Sequence record: SRR20825006_1326
DNA: 64,000 nucleotides
Strand: one strand, 5' to 3'
In this document: positions 32,001 through 42,200 of the stretch, piece by piece
How positions within the stretch are numbered: the first letter of the stretch is position 1
Layout: the number at the start of each line of letters is the position of its first letter
Translations under genes and position numbers: made by a program
Notes under the pieces: model-generated
Seen by the model: the letters and a program-made list of their open reading frames with translations, nothing else
Told to the model about the DNA's origin: nothing
The model's database searches: none

Positions 32001-35000
32001 AGTGGCATGGGCTCAAAGTCTGATGAGCGCGTTTCACCGGATGCACCGCGCGCATTTTCCCAAGCCAGCATGTTTTGGAAAATCGGGCTATAGCTCCGCG
32101 AACGCGCAGGGTTCAACCGTTCCACAACATGATTAAACGGAATATCCGCATGCTGCTGGCCCTCTTGCAAGGTCGCAGAAGCCTGCTTAATCAACGCCGC
32201 CGGCGTGGCAATTTCAGTTTGGTCCAAACGCAATGCGAGCGTGTTGACGAAAAAGCCAATAATGTCCTCAACTTCTTTCGGCTTACGATTGGCAGTCGGC
32301 ACACCGGTCACCACATCTTTTTCGCCAGAAAGCTTGGCCAGCATGTAGCTCCACGCGGAAAGGGCAACGCTAAACACTGTGGTGGCGTTCTGCTGGGCGA
32401 AGACGCGCAATTGCATCAGCAATTCACCTTCAATTTTCACGGGAACGCTGTCGCCCCTAAAATCTTGCACAGCTGGACGCTGATGATCCGTCGGCAGTGG
32501 CAAAAGAGCTGGCGCGTTGGCCAATTGTTTCGCCCAATAATTGGCCTGTTCCTCGCGTTTTTCCGCGGTCAAATTTTCCCGCTGCCACGCAACAAAGTCG
32601 CTATATTGCAAATCCAGCGACGCAAGCATATTGGCGCCACCGCGCTTGAACGTTGCGTAAAGTTCGGAAAATTCACGCGCAAAAATATCCATCGACCAGC
32701 CATCAGAAATGATGTGGTGCATCGTCACCAAAAGAAGATTATGATCGCCCTGGTTCCTGATCAAACAGGCGCGAAGCAGAGGAGCTTCATGCAGATCAAA
32801 TGGACGCGCAATTTCCGCTGCTATTTCTGCATTAACTTGGTCTGCCGCTGGGGAAATCTCTCTCCAATTAAGCGGCGGGGCCGACATATGAATTTCAAGT
32901 TGCGGCGACCCATCCACCGAAACAAATGAAGTGCGTAGCGCTTCATGGCGCTCCATTAAGGCCATCAAAGCTTGCTTAATCGCAGCCACATCTGCGTCCG
33001 GCGACAGCCGCCACCCCATTGGCATATTATAGGCCGCATTTTGCTCCACATCTTGCGCCAGCAACCACAAGGATTCCTGCCCGAAGGATGGCGGCATATG
33101 CGTTACATGTTTGCGTTTTGTCAGCTTCGGCCCAGAAGCATTTGGCTGCTGCACCGTAGCAGCAAACTCTGCCAAAGTCGGATGCGCAAAAACCTGCGTC
33201 CCATCCACCTCTAGATCCAACACTTCACCTGCCTTAAGCGCCATGCGGACAGCGAGCATCGAATGGCCGCCACGCTCAAAGAAATTGTCATGCCTGCCAA
33301 TGGGCGCACCACCCAAAAACTCATGCCAGATGACGGCCAGTTTTTCTTCAATGTCGCCAATAGGTGCTGCGTATTCCTGATTTATCTCAGGTTGCGGAAG
33401 GCGGTCGCGATCAATCTTGCCGTTGGTGGTCAGCGGGAAACTGTCCATCGGCACCAGATGTGCAGGCACCATAAAATCGGGTAATGCAGCCCGCAGATGC
33501 GACGCCAGCGCGTCCATATCAGACTGCCCAACCACATAGGCAACCAGTTGCCCATTTCGCTCGCAAACAAAGACTTGCTTGGCCCCGAAACCTAAAATGG
33601 CATGTTCCAACTCGCTAGGGTCAATACGATAACCGCGGACTTTAATCTGCTGATCTATCCGCCCAAGAAACTCAATTTGGCCGTCTGCATTTAAACGCCC
33701 TAAATCGCCCGTGCGAAACAAAATCTCGCTGTTCGCCTGCCGAACAAATTTGGTTTCAGTCAATTCATCTTGCTGCCAATAACCGTCAGCCAAACACTTG
33801 CCCTGTATGCAGATTTCACCTTCTGCCCCTTGGGGCAATACACTCAAATCCGGCCCGCAGACTAAGGCGGTGTTTGCCCCAATTGGCGCACCAATCGGCA
33901 AGCAGCTTGCACCGTCCTCAATTTGACGCACGTCAAAATAAAGCGCATCAACCACCGTTTCGGTCAGCCCATAGGCATGCACAATTTGGCAGGTTGCAGG
34001 GCATATCGCGCGCAGACGCAGCGCATGATCCAGCGGCCAATGGTCAGAGCCACAAAGGATCAGTCGAAATTGACTAAAGCAGTCGCGAGCTAACTCTCTA
34101 TCTTCTGTCAAACTATCCAAAACAGCAGGCACAAAGTCAGCAGCATTAATGGCTTCACTCTTAATCAGACCCGCCAACCCGATAGGGTCAGACAAAGTGT
34201 CCTTAGGGCACAAAACCAATTTACCGCCAAAGCACAAAGTACGGAAGAAATCAGCAATGGCGACATCAAAGCCAAAGCTGGCCATCTGCAGCACACTCAT
34301 TTGCGCATCAAATCCAAACTCATGCCGCCAATTCTGGGCCATTTGCGCCAATGCGCCATGACGCACAAATACGCCTTTCGGCGTGCCAGTGGAGCCAGAT
34401 GTATAGATGATATAGGCCAACTGATCCCGCAGCGCCTCTGCCGCAGGCAACTCAAAGCCATCTACATCAATGCACTCCGCAAACCGTGCCATCAGCACAT
34501 CAGCAAAAACATCTGCATCACCCGCAATGACAGCTTTCGCATTACAATCCTGCACAATGAAGGCCCTGCGGGCTTCAGGATAGTTATAATCAATCGGCAC
34601 AAAGCAGGCGCCAATTTTCAAAATGGCCTGTGCCGCAATAAACATTTCCGCTGATCGCGGCAGACAAATCGCAACTCGGTCGCCAACGGAAATGCCTTTG
34701 GCCCGCAATAAACTCGCCATCTGATCGGCACGATGCTCAAATTCCGCATATGCGATGGAACGTTCGCCGTCGCGCACTGCAATTTGATCGGGTCGAGTTT
34801 CGGCTTGCTGAGCAATTAATTCATGCACCAATGGTGCATTTTCTTCAGCTTGGCCCAGCCCAATAAGGTGAGAAGGTTTGGCAAACAAACTTGCCGATAA
34901 ATGGGCAAAGTCATCACCAGCGTGCTCAACCAGCTGCTCCAAGATGCGCTGATAGCGATTAGAAAGCGCCTGAACCTCATCAGGTGAAAACAGCGCCGTC

Positions 35001-36298
35001 GCAAATTCAAATTCGCCTTTTATCTGGTTGCCCCGCAGCATCAGGTCCAAAGTGAGGTCCAATTGCGCCGTCTGGCCGCCAAGTGAGTTTGGGGTTGCCA
35101 CACAATCACCAAACTTTAACTCGCCATCATCATCAGATTGCGCCCAAGAAAACATGGTTTGAAATAGAGGGCTATGCGATGGATGTCGCGGCGGATTTAC
35201 AGCCTCAATAATCTGGTCGAATTGAATATTTTGGTGGTTCTGCGCCTCCAGAAAGACTGATTGAACCTGCCGCACCAATTGGTCGGCTGATTGATCAAAC
35301 AGATTGCCAAAGCGCAGCGGCAATGAATTGACCAGCGGACCAAAACTATTGCGCAATTCCGGCAAATTGCGCAGCGAAACCGGGGTGCCAGTCACCACAT
35401 CATATTGCTGTGCCTGCGTTTGCAGCAAAATCACCCAGGCCGCGAGAGCAGTCGTAAAATCAGAGACACCCGCTTGGCGAGAAAAAGTTTGAACCTTCGC
35501 GGTGACGTCCGCGTCAAGCGTAAACGCCAGCGTTTGCCCCTCAAATTCAGCCACCTTAGGTCGATTCTTATTTGAGGCTTGCGTTGAGAGCGCTGGGCAG
35601 TCCGCTAGATTTTGTTGCCAGAATTGCTTTTCACGCGCCAATTGCGTTTTTGCAATTTTGTCCTGCTCCCATGCCGCAAAGTCGGCATAAGGCAGGGCAT
35701 CAACTTTTGCAGGCGCTTGAGCACCAGCAACAAGCGCGCTGTACTCACCAGCAACTTCTTGCAGCATAAAGCCCAAACTATCGCGATCAGCCACCGTATG
35801 GTGAGCCAAAACAAGCAAAATATGGTCATGATCGCCTACGCTAAACAGATGCGCCTTCACCAACGCACCGCGGCCCAAATCCATCTGTGCGGCGACAGCT
35901 TTGCTTATCTGCGTGTCGCGTTGAGCAATGCTCTCCGCACGTTCAAAACTCAGCGGGAAGGGCGTTCCAACCGCCCCTATATGTTGCACCAATCCATCGT
36001 TCGACATCTCAAATGACGTGCGCACCGCTTCATGGCGGTCAGAAATGCTTTGAAAGGCCCGGGCAAGCAAATCCTGATCAAAATGGCCGTCCAACTGCAA
36101 CATGGCCTGCAAAACATAAGCTGCGCTTGCATCTTCGCCCTGAGAGAGCAACCAGAACATTTTTTGCGCAGCTGAAGCAGGCAGCGGCCGCCCGTCGCGC
36201 GGCAAACGGGGAATGCCCGCATTGGCCTTCACCTGCTTCAAACGATCGCGCGAAAACCGTGACTTATTTGATGGCGCTGAAATTGTTTGCCCACTCAT
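26078..36298 (-). CDS. Trimodular NRPS C-A(Arg)-T-C-A(Pro)-T-Cy-A(Cys)-T-Ox
   Basis: C motifs HHTVADR and HHIISDG. Codes DVADLGAVDK (Arg-like), DVQFIAHVVK (Pro), DLYNMSLIWK (Cys). Cy motifs PFPLGDIQQAYLVGR, DALILD, TQTPQVWLD. C-terminal FMN oxidase motifs RSVREF and YASAGGLYPVQTY. Confidence 0.95.
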   Translation of the reverse strand: MSGQTISAPSNKSRFSRDRLKQVKANAGIPRLPRDGRPLPASAAQKMFWLLSQGEDASAAYVLQAMLQLDGHFDQDLLARAFQSISDRHEAVRTSFEMSNDGLVQHIGAVGTPFPLSFERAESIAQRDTQISKAVAAQMDLGRGALVKAHLFSVGDHDHILLVLAHHTVADRDSLGFMLQEVAGEYSALVAGAQAPAKVDALPYADFAAWEQDKIAKTQLAREKQFWQQNLADCPALSTQASNKNRPKVAEFEGQTLAFTLDADVTAKVQTFSRQAGVSDFTTALAAWVILLQTQAQQYDVVTGTPVSLRNLPELRNSFGPLVNSLPLRFGNLFDQSADQLVRQVQSVFLEAQNHQNIQFDQIIEAVNPPRHPSHSPLFQTMFSWAQSDDDGELKFGDCVATPNSLGGQTAQLDLTLDLMLRGNQIKGEFEFATALFSPDEVQALSNRYQRILEQLVEHAGDDFAHLSASLFAKPSHLIGLGQAEENAPLVHELIAQQAETRPDQIAVRDGERSIAYAEFEHRADQMASLLRAKGISVGDRVAICLPRSAEMFIAAQAILKIGACFVPIDYNYPEARRAFIVQDCNAKAVIAGDADVFADVLMARFAECIDVDGFELPAAEALRDQLAYIIYTSGSTGTPKGVFVRHGALAQMAQNWRHEFGFDAQMSVLQMASFGFDVAIADFFRTLCFGGKLVLCPKDTLSDPIGLAGLIKSEAINAADFVPAVLDSLTEDRELARDCFSQFRLILCGSDHWPLDHALRLRAICPATCQIVHAYGLTETVVDALYFDVRQIEDGASCLPIGAPIGANTALVCGPDLSVLPQGAEGEICIQGKCLADGYWQQDELTETKFVRQANSEILFRTGDLGRLNADGQIEFLGRIDQQIKVRGYRIDPSELEHAILGFGAKQVFVCERNGQLVAYVVGQSDMDALASHLRAALPDFMVPAHLVPMDSFPLTTNGKIDRDRLPQPEINQEYAAPIGDIEEKLAVIWHEFLGGAPIGRHDNFFERGGHSMLAVRMALKAGEVLDLEVDGTQVFAHPTLAEFAATVQQPNASGPKLTKRKHVTHMPPSFGQESLWLLAQDVEQNAAYNMPMGWRLSPDADVAAIKQALMALMERHEALRTSFVSVDGSPQLEIHMSAPPLNWREISPAADQVNAEIAAEIARPFDLHEAPLLRACLIRNQGDHNLLLVTMHHIISDGWSMDIFAREFSELYATFKRGGANMLASLDLQYSDFVAWQRENLTAEKREEQANYWAKQLANAPALLPLPTDHQRPAVQDFRGDSVPVKIEGELLMQLRVFAQQNATTVFSVALSAWSYMLAKLSGEKDVVTGVPTANRKPKEVEDIIGFFVNTLALRLDQTEIATPAALIKQASATLQEGQQHADIPFNHVVERLNPARSRSYSPIFQNMLAWENARGASGETRSSDFEPMPLQLDNAKFDLLLEATEFDDYIAGSLQFATSLFSRQTIEKYAQYFEHILTEFVQQPNAELAEIGLAPKERAQADFERWLQPVSDYDEASRTLPRFKAVCAAHANEMAIEKDGHQLSFAELEHCANRLAHDLLEAGYRFDQPVGIWADRSIETVISIFAILKAGGAIMPLDPLHPRDRLDFILRDAHAQLILSADATTTKDSIDANVQVHQVDLQGLLNSAAPVDFEDAAPSPLDPAYVLYTSGTTGTPKGVVQSHRTLDNVINWQFTDGITPRRVLQFASLTFDVSMQEIFTSLCAGSSLVLISQDIAKDVANLAGFIAAHKIDRAFLPVAVLHIIAETCGDLTEFGGCEFITAGEALKITDAVRQNLPKLGKYALNNHYGPTETHVVTHHCLPLDSVKDWPHVSPIGKPIANTNLYILDEVQNPVPDGVVGELYLGGNNVALGYLNRPDLTAERFLDDPFSPREGAKMFKSGDLVRRDENGVIHYLGRADDQVKIRGFRVEPGEIETALRVHPKVRDCVVLARPRPNGPLALAAYFTGAISAEELRALAKEKLPEYMVPTAWQHLDKMPLNSSGKIDRKALPAPNWQETTADKMPLRTETEKALSEIWSMVLGVNKIGANDDFFALGGHSLLAAKLVFRINQHFEIDLKLSDLMGHSVLGDLADYIDRQANKGVVSTQITLTPDPDNRYAPFPLGDIQQAYLVGRNDEFDLGGVGAHSYNELRIRNFDVERFETALNKVIARHDMLRAIFTDDGQQQILAKVPAYKIAIHNISDQGSEAQERALDANRNRLSHQVFDAERWPLFGFEVTRLSDTLCHLHMSLDALILDAASTSIFLYELNRFYADPSLELPEIGVSFRDYVLAEQEFRKSESYRADLDYWLSHYDDMPAGPQLPSVRTPESLKAPEFMRREKVMSRDEWTALKQVANEQQVTPSGLLLAAFCLTLNRYAPSGEFSLSLPLFNRLPVHPEIDRVIGDFTSVLLYRQRAIKDQKFAAFAQNIQQDLWRDMDHAKISGIEIMRELGRKFGVQPSGLPIVFNSTLTEMVEGANAEAEVKAFDAENVHTITQTPQVWLDHTIMEEQGELIFNWDSIDALFPDGLMDAMFADYCQLLDVLSDGAQWQARTDELFDQKLLDQPTPLADLTTLNELFERQAAKTPDNVAVIANDRTLTYADVLREAQALAARLQDQGCVPGDIIGIFLEPSWQQTVAALGILMAGGVYLPLDRNLPAARLGKILAKTNSRIVLVEDGFAEPDLLPPHVEAVIVDAGVDGRKPAPVERNIDDLAYIIFTSGSTGEPKGVMIDHGGACNTIYDINERISLRQEDRILGVSALNFDLSVYDIFGTLSKGAALVVPEADKSRDPQHWLELINAHDVSVWNSVPALLGLLADHANAMSAPYSLRVAMMSGDWIPLDLPGKVRAQSPETQIWSLGGATEASIWSICYPIETVDPNWKSIPYGKALKGQSFHVLDEQLNARPTWVVGELYIGGRGVALGYYGDQERTDASFIKHPKTGERLYRTGDLGRMLPDGNIEFMGRADTQVKVQGYRIELGEIEAALDKHAAVDAAAVRILGDTMEEKRLAAYVVTSDCELTEDALREHLAQLLPAYEIPSSISFIDQMPLSANGKVDRKKLPKPELKAQASAARELGPDEQKIVAIVEKALKQSAIAIDANLLALGATSLDIVRISNALAADMGFRPKLARFMRAPTVSTLFDIWQETRPVVDPEPEQTEVVSRVIEDKAEREVFKAAEKGRRKFAPEAKRVPLDIEPEERDVFEANRSVREFSDASVDKRTFSKLLAAIMQNPAEGRPRFQYASAGGLYPVQTYIYVKPDRVIGVPGGCYYVDPKDRTLVATGTGKALSADAYDYFVNRPTFEGGAFALFFVADDAAIRPLYGDQGRDMSLIEAGLVAQHLTHRAGEIGLGLCGIGEMINEALCDLFDLGPHHQLIYSMIGGIPATAPAQDDPSEEMEEFEI

Positions 36299-39200
36299 TG
36301 TGTCGTCCCGTCCAATTGATCTTGCAGGTAAAATTCTTCGATATATTCGGCAAGACTGGCGATGGTCGGCCGTTCAAATATCACCTTTACATCCACATGC
36401 TCTTCCAGCATTTCGCGCAAAATGGTGATCACCCGAATGGCCAACATGGAATGCCCGCCAATGGTGAAAAAGTTCGCATGGCGGCCAATATTTTCAAGCC
36501 CCAAGATTTCGGTCCAAATCTCCGCCAAAGTGGCTTCAACTTCACCTTGCGGCAGCTCGTCAGAAGGGGCCGGCACCATGCCAATCCCAAGCTCTGCTAG
36601 TGCGCGCCGATCAATCTTGCCATTGGGGGTAAGCGGAAATTGTTCAAGCTGAATAATCAAGGAGGGCACCATATAGTCAGGCAGCACCTGCGACAGCTCA
36701 CTGCTCAAAGCACTTGGCTCTCCATTGGAAACAAAGGCGATCAGCCGATTGTCACGCATTTGGCACACAGCGTTCTGCACTCCAAGTCCGTTCAACCGCG
36801 ATTCAATCTCGCCAAGTTCAACACGATAACCGCGAACCTTCACCTGGCTGTCAGTGCGACCCACAAAGGCCAGTGTGCCATCCTGCTGCTGCTGAACCAA
36901 ATCGCCCGTCTTATATAGCCGCTGCGCGGAACCTGAAATTTGAACAAAAGCCTTCTGCGTCAATTCATCCGCATGCAGATAGCCATAAGCAAGAGCGTCG
37001 CCGCCAATATAAAGTTCGCCCTTGTTTCCAGCAGCCACAGCACGCTGATTTTGATCCAGCACATAAAACGAGATATTTTGCAGCGGCGTGCCAATGGACA
37101 CGGTGCCATCAGTTTGCTTGCCGCCAAATTCATAAGCACTCGCCCACACCGTGGCCTCGGTCGGGCCATATACATTGGTCAGCTTCGCGTTTGGGAAAGT
37201 CGATTTTGCCGCGTGAAATAGTGCAGTTGAGCTCGCCTCGCCACCGCAAAGGACATGCCGGACACCAGCAAGTTGTCTATTCTGGTCCACCAGAAGCGAC
37301 AGCATTGAAGGCACCATCTGCACAAAGCTAACGCCTTCTGCCTCCACCAACTCAGCAATAGATACCGCATCAAGTTCTTGCCCCGGCGCGGTGAGAACGA
37401 CACGCGCACCAAGACTCAGCGGCGCAAGAATTTCCGTCACCGCGATATCGAAACTAAGTGAGGTTACCTGCAAAATGCGATCATCGCGCGTCATCTCAAT
37501 TTGCGTGGCGACTGCATCAAGATAATTGCACAGACTGCGATGTCCAATTTCCACGCCTTTAGGCACTCCAGTAGAGCCAGACGTATAAATGACATATGCT
37601 GCATCGGTGGCAATTTGCACAGGCGATTGCGCGCTTGATGCCGAATAAAACTGTTGATCCCGAAGTGAAAATTGATCAGCGGATAAGCCACTATTGATCT
37701 CCTCGGTAACGATCAAATGCGGACGCGCACTCGCCACAATCTGAGTCAATCGCGCAGCCGGATAACTCGGATCAAGCGGCAAATAGGCGGCTCCCAGCTT
37801 ATGAACAGCAAGGATCGCCTCAATCATGCGCGGTCCACGCGCGACATGAATTCCCACTAAACTATCGGAGCCAACCTCATGAGAGGCCAGTTTTTCCGCC
37901 AATTGGTCCGCTGACGCATTTAACTCTGCATAGCTAATGCTTTGGCCTTCAAAGCGAATGGCCGTTGCGTCGCCATCCATTTGCACCCAATGGGCAAACC
38001 GCTCGATAAATGAGGTCGCATTGATGTCGGCTTTGGGCCCAACGAGGGCGGGGTCCAACTTCACTAGCGGCAATAATTGACCAAGCGACGCTTCCGGTTC
38101 TGCCACCGCTTTTTCAAGAAAATCAATAAAACCGTCGGCTAACTTCTGAATTCGCTCTGCGTTGAAAATATCAGTCGCAAAATTGATATTGAAGCTGATC
38201 ACATCGCCGCGCCGAACGCCCACTGACAAATCAAATTTAGCCTCAGTCTCAACCGGATCAATCATCCGCATTTGAGCGCAACCCAAGCTAATGGCATCGC
38301 TCTCACTATTGTCCTGCACCATCATGATTTGGAAAATCGGGCTATGGGCAAAACTGCGTTCTGGCTGCAGGCGATCAACAAGCTTTTCAAATGGCAGAGT
38401 TTGGTGCGCCATGTCTTCTTGAAATTGAAAATGGGCGGTACGCGAAAAGTCAGTGAAAGAAGTGGAAAAATCAGGTTGCACCCGCAAAGCAACAGAATTG
38501 ACAAAATTGCCAATAATGCCCTCAAACGCGTCACGCTCACGGTTTGCTACAGCCGTACCGATCACAATGTCAGCCTGCCCTTGCACATGGCAGAGATAGG
38601 CCGCGAACGCGTTAAACAGGGCGGCAAATTCTGTCACACCAAGTTGCGCAGCAAGAGCGTCAAGCTTGCTCGAGACCTCCTCATTCAGTGCGGCGGAAAT
38701 CGTTTGCCCCTTATGTGAAGGCTGCGCGGGGCGCGGCGCATCCAATGGCAGTTGATGCAACGGCGGCGCGTCTTCCAAGCGATCTAACCAATAAGCAAGG
38801 TCCTGGCCGCCATCATAATGTTCATGCTGCCAAACCGCGACGTCCGCAAAATTCAAACTAGCGACGGCTTCTGGTTGGCGACCATTGAAAAACGCCTGAA
38901 GCTGGTCAATGAAAAGACCGACAGACGTGCCATCAAACGCAATATGGTGCACCGCAATAAACAAACGAGATTTATGATCACTCAAAACAGCCAGCGCCGC
39001 CCGGAAAATCTGCCCCGAAGACAAGTCGAATGGCGCGTTTAAAATCTGATCTTCCAAATCAGCCAATTGCGATGACATATCTTGGCTCTTGCGCAAATCT
39101 GAAACGCTTAGAACGCCAGCTTTAAAGGGCATTACTTGCTGATAGGCCCGATCAGCTTTTTGCAGATAGGCAGTTCGCAAAATCGGATTTTGTTCGACAA

Positions 39201-42200
39201 ACTGATCAAAGAAAACAGCCAACCTATCGACATCAATTTCGCCATCAATATCAAATGCCAAAGGTATGGTGTAGAACCGACCATGGGCATCAATCTGATC
39301 AATTGCCCACATGCGTTCCTGAGAAAAAGAGAGCGGCAGTGGTTGCGACAAATCTTGCCGTTCAATATTAGTCGACACCGCGCCAACATTCGTTTGCTTG
39401 GCATCCAATGCTGAGGCGATCGCCTCAATCGTCAGATTTTTGATCACATCGCGCAGTGCGAGCTGGCTACCAAAATGCTGATTGACATGATTGAGCATCT
39501 TAATGGCCAAAAGTGAATAACCGCCGAGGGCAAAAAAGCTGGCGCGCACGTCAACCACATCACGCTCAAGCAGCTTGCACCATAACGCGCACAAATCTTG
39601 CTCAGCCTGATTGCGCGGCGCGGTGCCTTGTTGCACCTCTCGCATAATATTTGCTGCGGGCAGGGCCTTCCGGTTAATTTTGCCACTGCTGGTCAGAGGC
39701 ATGTCATTCAGCACAATATAGTGCGCAGGCATAAAGCTCGGCGGCAAATGCTCAGCAAGAAAATTAGCCAAAACGCCACTTGCTTGCCCCGATTCTAGAG
39801 ACGTTTGAATATACGCCAGCAATTGCTTACTGCCATCAGGCAGGGAATTTGCAACAACGGCTGCTTGGCTCACGGCTTCATGCTGCATCAGCGCAGTTTC
39901 AACTTCTTCCAGTTCAATGCGCACACCGTTGATTTTAACCTGGAAGTCACGGCGACCAACAATTTTGATCGTTCCATCAGCACAACGCTTCGCCACATCA
40001 CCCGTGGCATAAGTCCGCACAGTCTGCCCATCGACGTTAAGCTGACCAAACCGTTCTGCCGTCAGCAGTTCATTGTTGAGATAATGCAGGCCCACCTGCG
40101 CGCCCGACAGCACCAGTTCGCCTTCGCAATGCGCAGGGGAAGGGTTGCCATATGCATCAAGAACATGGGCACCAGTGTTCGGCAGCGGCTGGCCAACATG
40201 CACTTCATCACCGTCGCTGAGCGGGACCGCCAAAACATAGCCAGTGCATTCACACGGGCCATAAATATTGATCAGATTTAAGTCTCGATTGGCGGCAAAC
40301 AGTTTAGATTTAAGCTGGTCAGAAAGGGCTTCACCGCCAGAAATGATGGTCTGTTGCGCCCTGGGGCGCCAGCCATCATCAAGCAGAAATTGCCAAGTGG
40401 TTGGTGTGGCGAACAAATAATCAACGGCCAGCCGCTCTTGATCTTGGTTCAACAGTTTTCCGTCACGAAACCGCGTTGGTTCGAACAGCGCAATGGATCC
40501 GCCAAAGGCCAGCGCAACATAAATCTCAAAAAGATGGGCATCAAAAGTGAGGGTGGACGCCACGCCGAAACATTTTCCGGAGGCAAAACCAAACCGTTCT
40601 TGGCTGGCAAAAATCAAATTGGTCAGTGAACTGGCGGGCAACGCTGCGCCCTTCGGTTTACCCGTTGATCCAGACGTAAATACAAACATCGCTGGCAGTT
40701 CACTGTGCCAACCATCGCCCGTTCGGTTTGGGTTTTTCGCTTCAATGCGTCCATCAGGCTCAACGCAAATAAGTTGTGCGAACTCGGCACATTGACGTGC
40801 GGTGCCAATCAAATGCGTGCATTCCGTATCCTGAATGACCTGCTCATTGCGTGATGACGGATTATTGCTATCCAGCACCACATAGGCGCCGCCGATTTTC
40901 TGCACGGCGATCAAAGTAATCAGATTGTCAGCCTCGTCGCCAACAAAAATTCCCAGCCGACTGCCGACCTGCGCACCATCCGCAATCAGTTGAGCCACCA
41001 ACCCATTCGCACGCGCGTTCAAATCGGCATAACTCAGCTGTTGAACCGCACCATCTTTGCTGAGCCAAGTGCAGGCCTTCGCCTCAGGTGTTTTCTCAAC
41101 CTGCATTTCAAACAGATCGGCAAAACCCAACTCAAGCGGATAGGGGGCCGTTACGCTGTTGAGTGCATCCCAATTTTCTTGAACTTCAGGCGCTACCAAA
41201 GCCACTTTGGCGAGCTTTTGATCAGGTTCGCTTGTCAAACGATCCAAGGCATAAGCATATGTTTGGGCAATAGCTTCAATGGTTTCCTGCTCGAAAAGCT
41301 TTTCCGCATAAAGCCAGTTTGCAACCAGGCCACCTTCAGACGTGCCAGTCAAATGCAATTCAATTTCAAATCCAAGATGATGTGCATCCAGCTCGATTTT
41401 TTCGCCTTTTTTCCGATCCAAGGTAGGACAGGCTTCGGCTTCCTCCGCGAGAGAAAAGATCAATTGGGTAAGGGGTGTAAAACTCGCTTCACCTGCAAAG
41501 CCAAGCTGTTCAATAATCTGCTCAAAATGCAAATCTTGATGGGCCTGCGCGGCCAGATTACTTTTGTGCACCCGGTTAACGAGCTCGCGAAAACTTAACT
41601 GATGATCTGCCTGCACCCGCAGCGGCACCATATTGGCGAAAAAGCCAATCAGATTATCAAGTTTTGCACCCTGTCGGCCCGCCACCGGCGTGCCGATCAC
41701 ACAATCTTCCGTCTGGCTATATCGCGCCACCACCACATAAAATGTGGCCAACATCACCGAATATAGGCTGCATTCGCACGCACGCGCCAAATCACGCAAT
41801 CCCTCCAAAGCGACGCGATCGACCGGCATAGATAGTAGCCGACCAGAAAAACTCGCCTGAGACGGACGTGCATGGTCAGGCTTGATGGTGTTGAGAATTG
41901 ACGCGCCATCCAGTTGCTCGCGCCAAAACATGCGGCTTTTTTCCGACCAGTCTTTATCGCCCTGCCACCGCGCAAAATCCCCATATTGAAAGGGAATATC
42001 CGGCAACTTCTGACCTTCGTCGGCGTTGTAGAGCGTCGCCAATTCTTTGTAAAAACAATCGAACGACCATCCATCAAACACCAAATGGTGAAAGGCAAAA
42101 AACAGATAGCTCGTATCTTGCTGCTGCAATAGCGCAGCGTAGCAAACCATGCCCTTGCTAATATCCAACGGCACAGCCATTTGCTTGGCGATCCAGCTGT

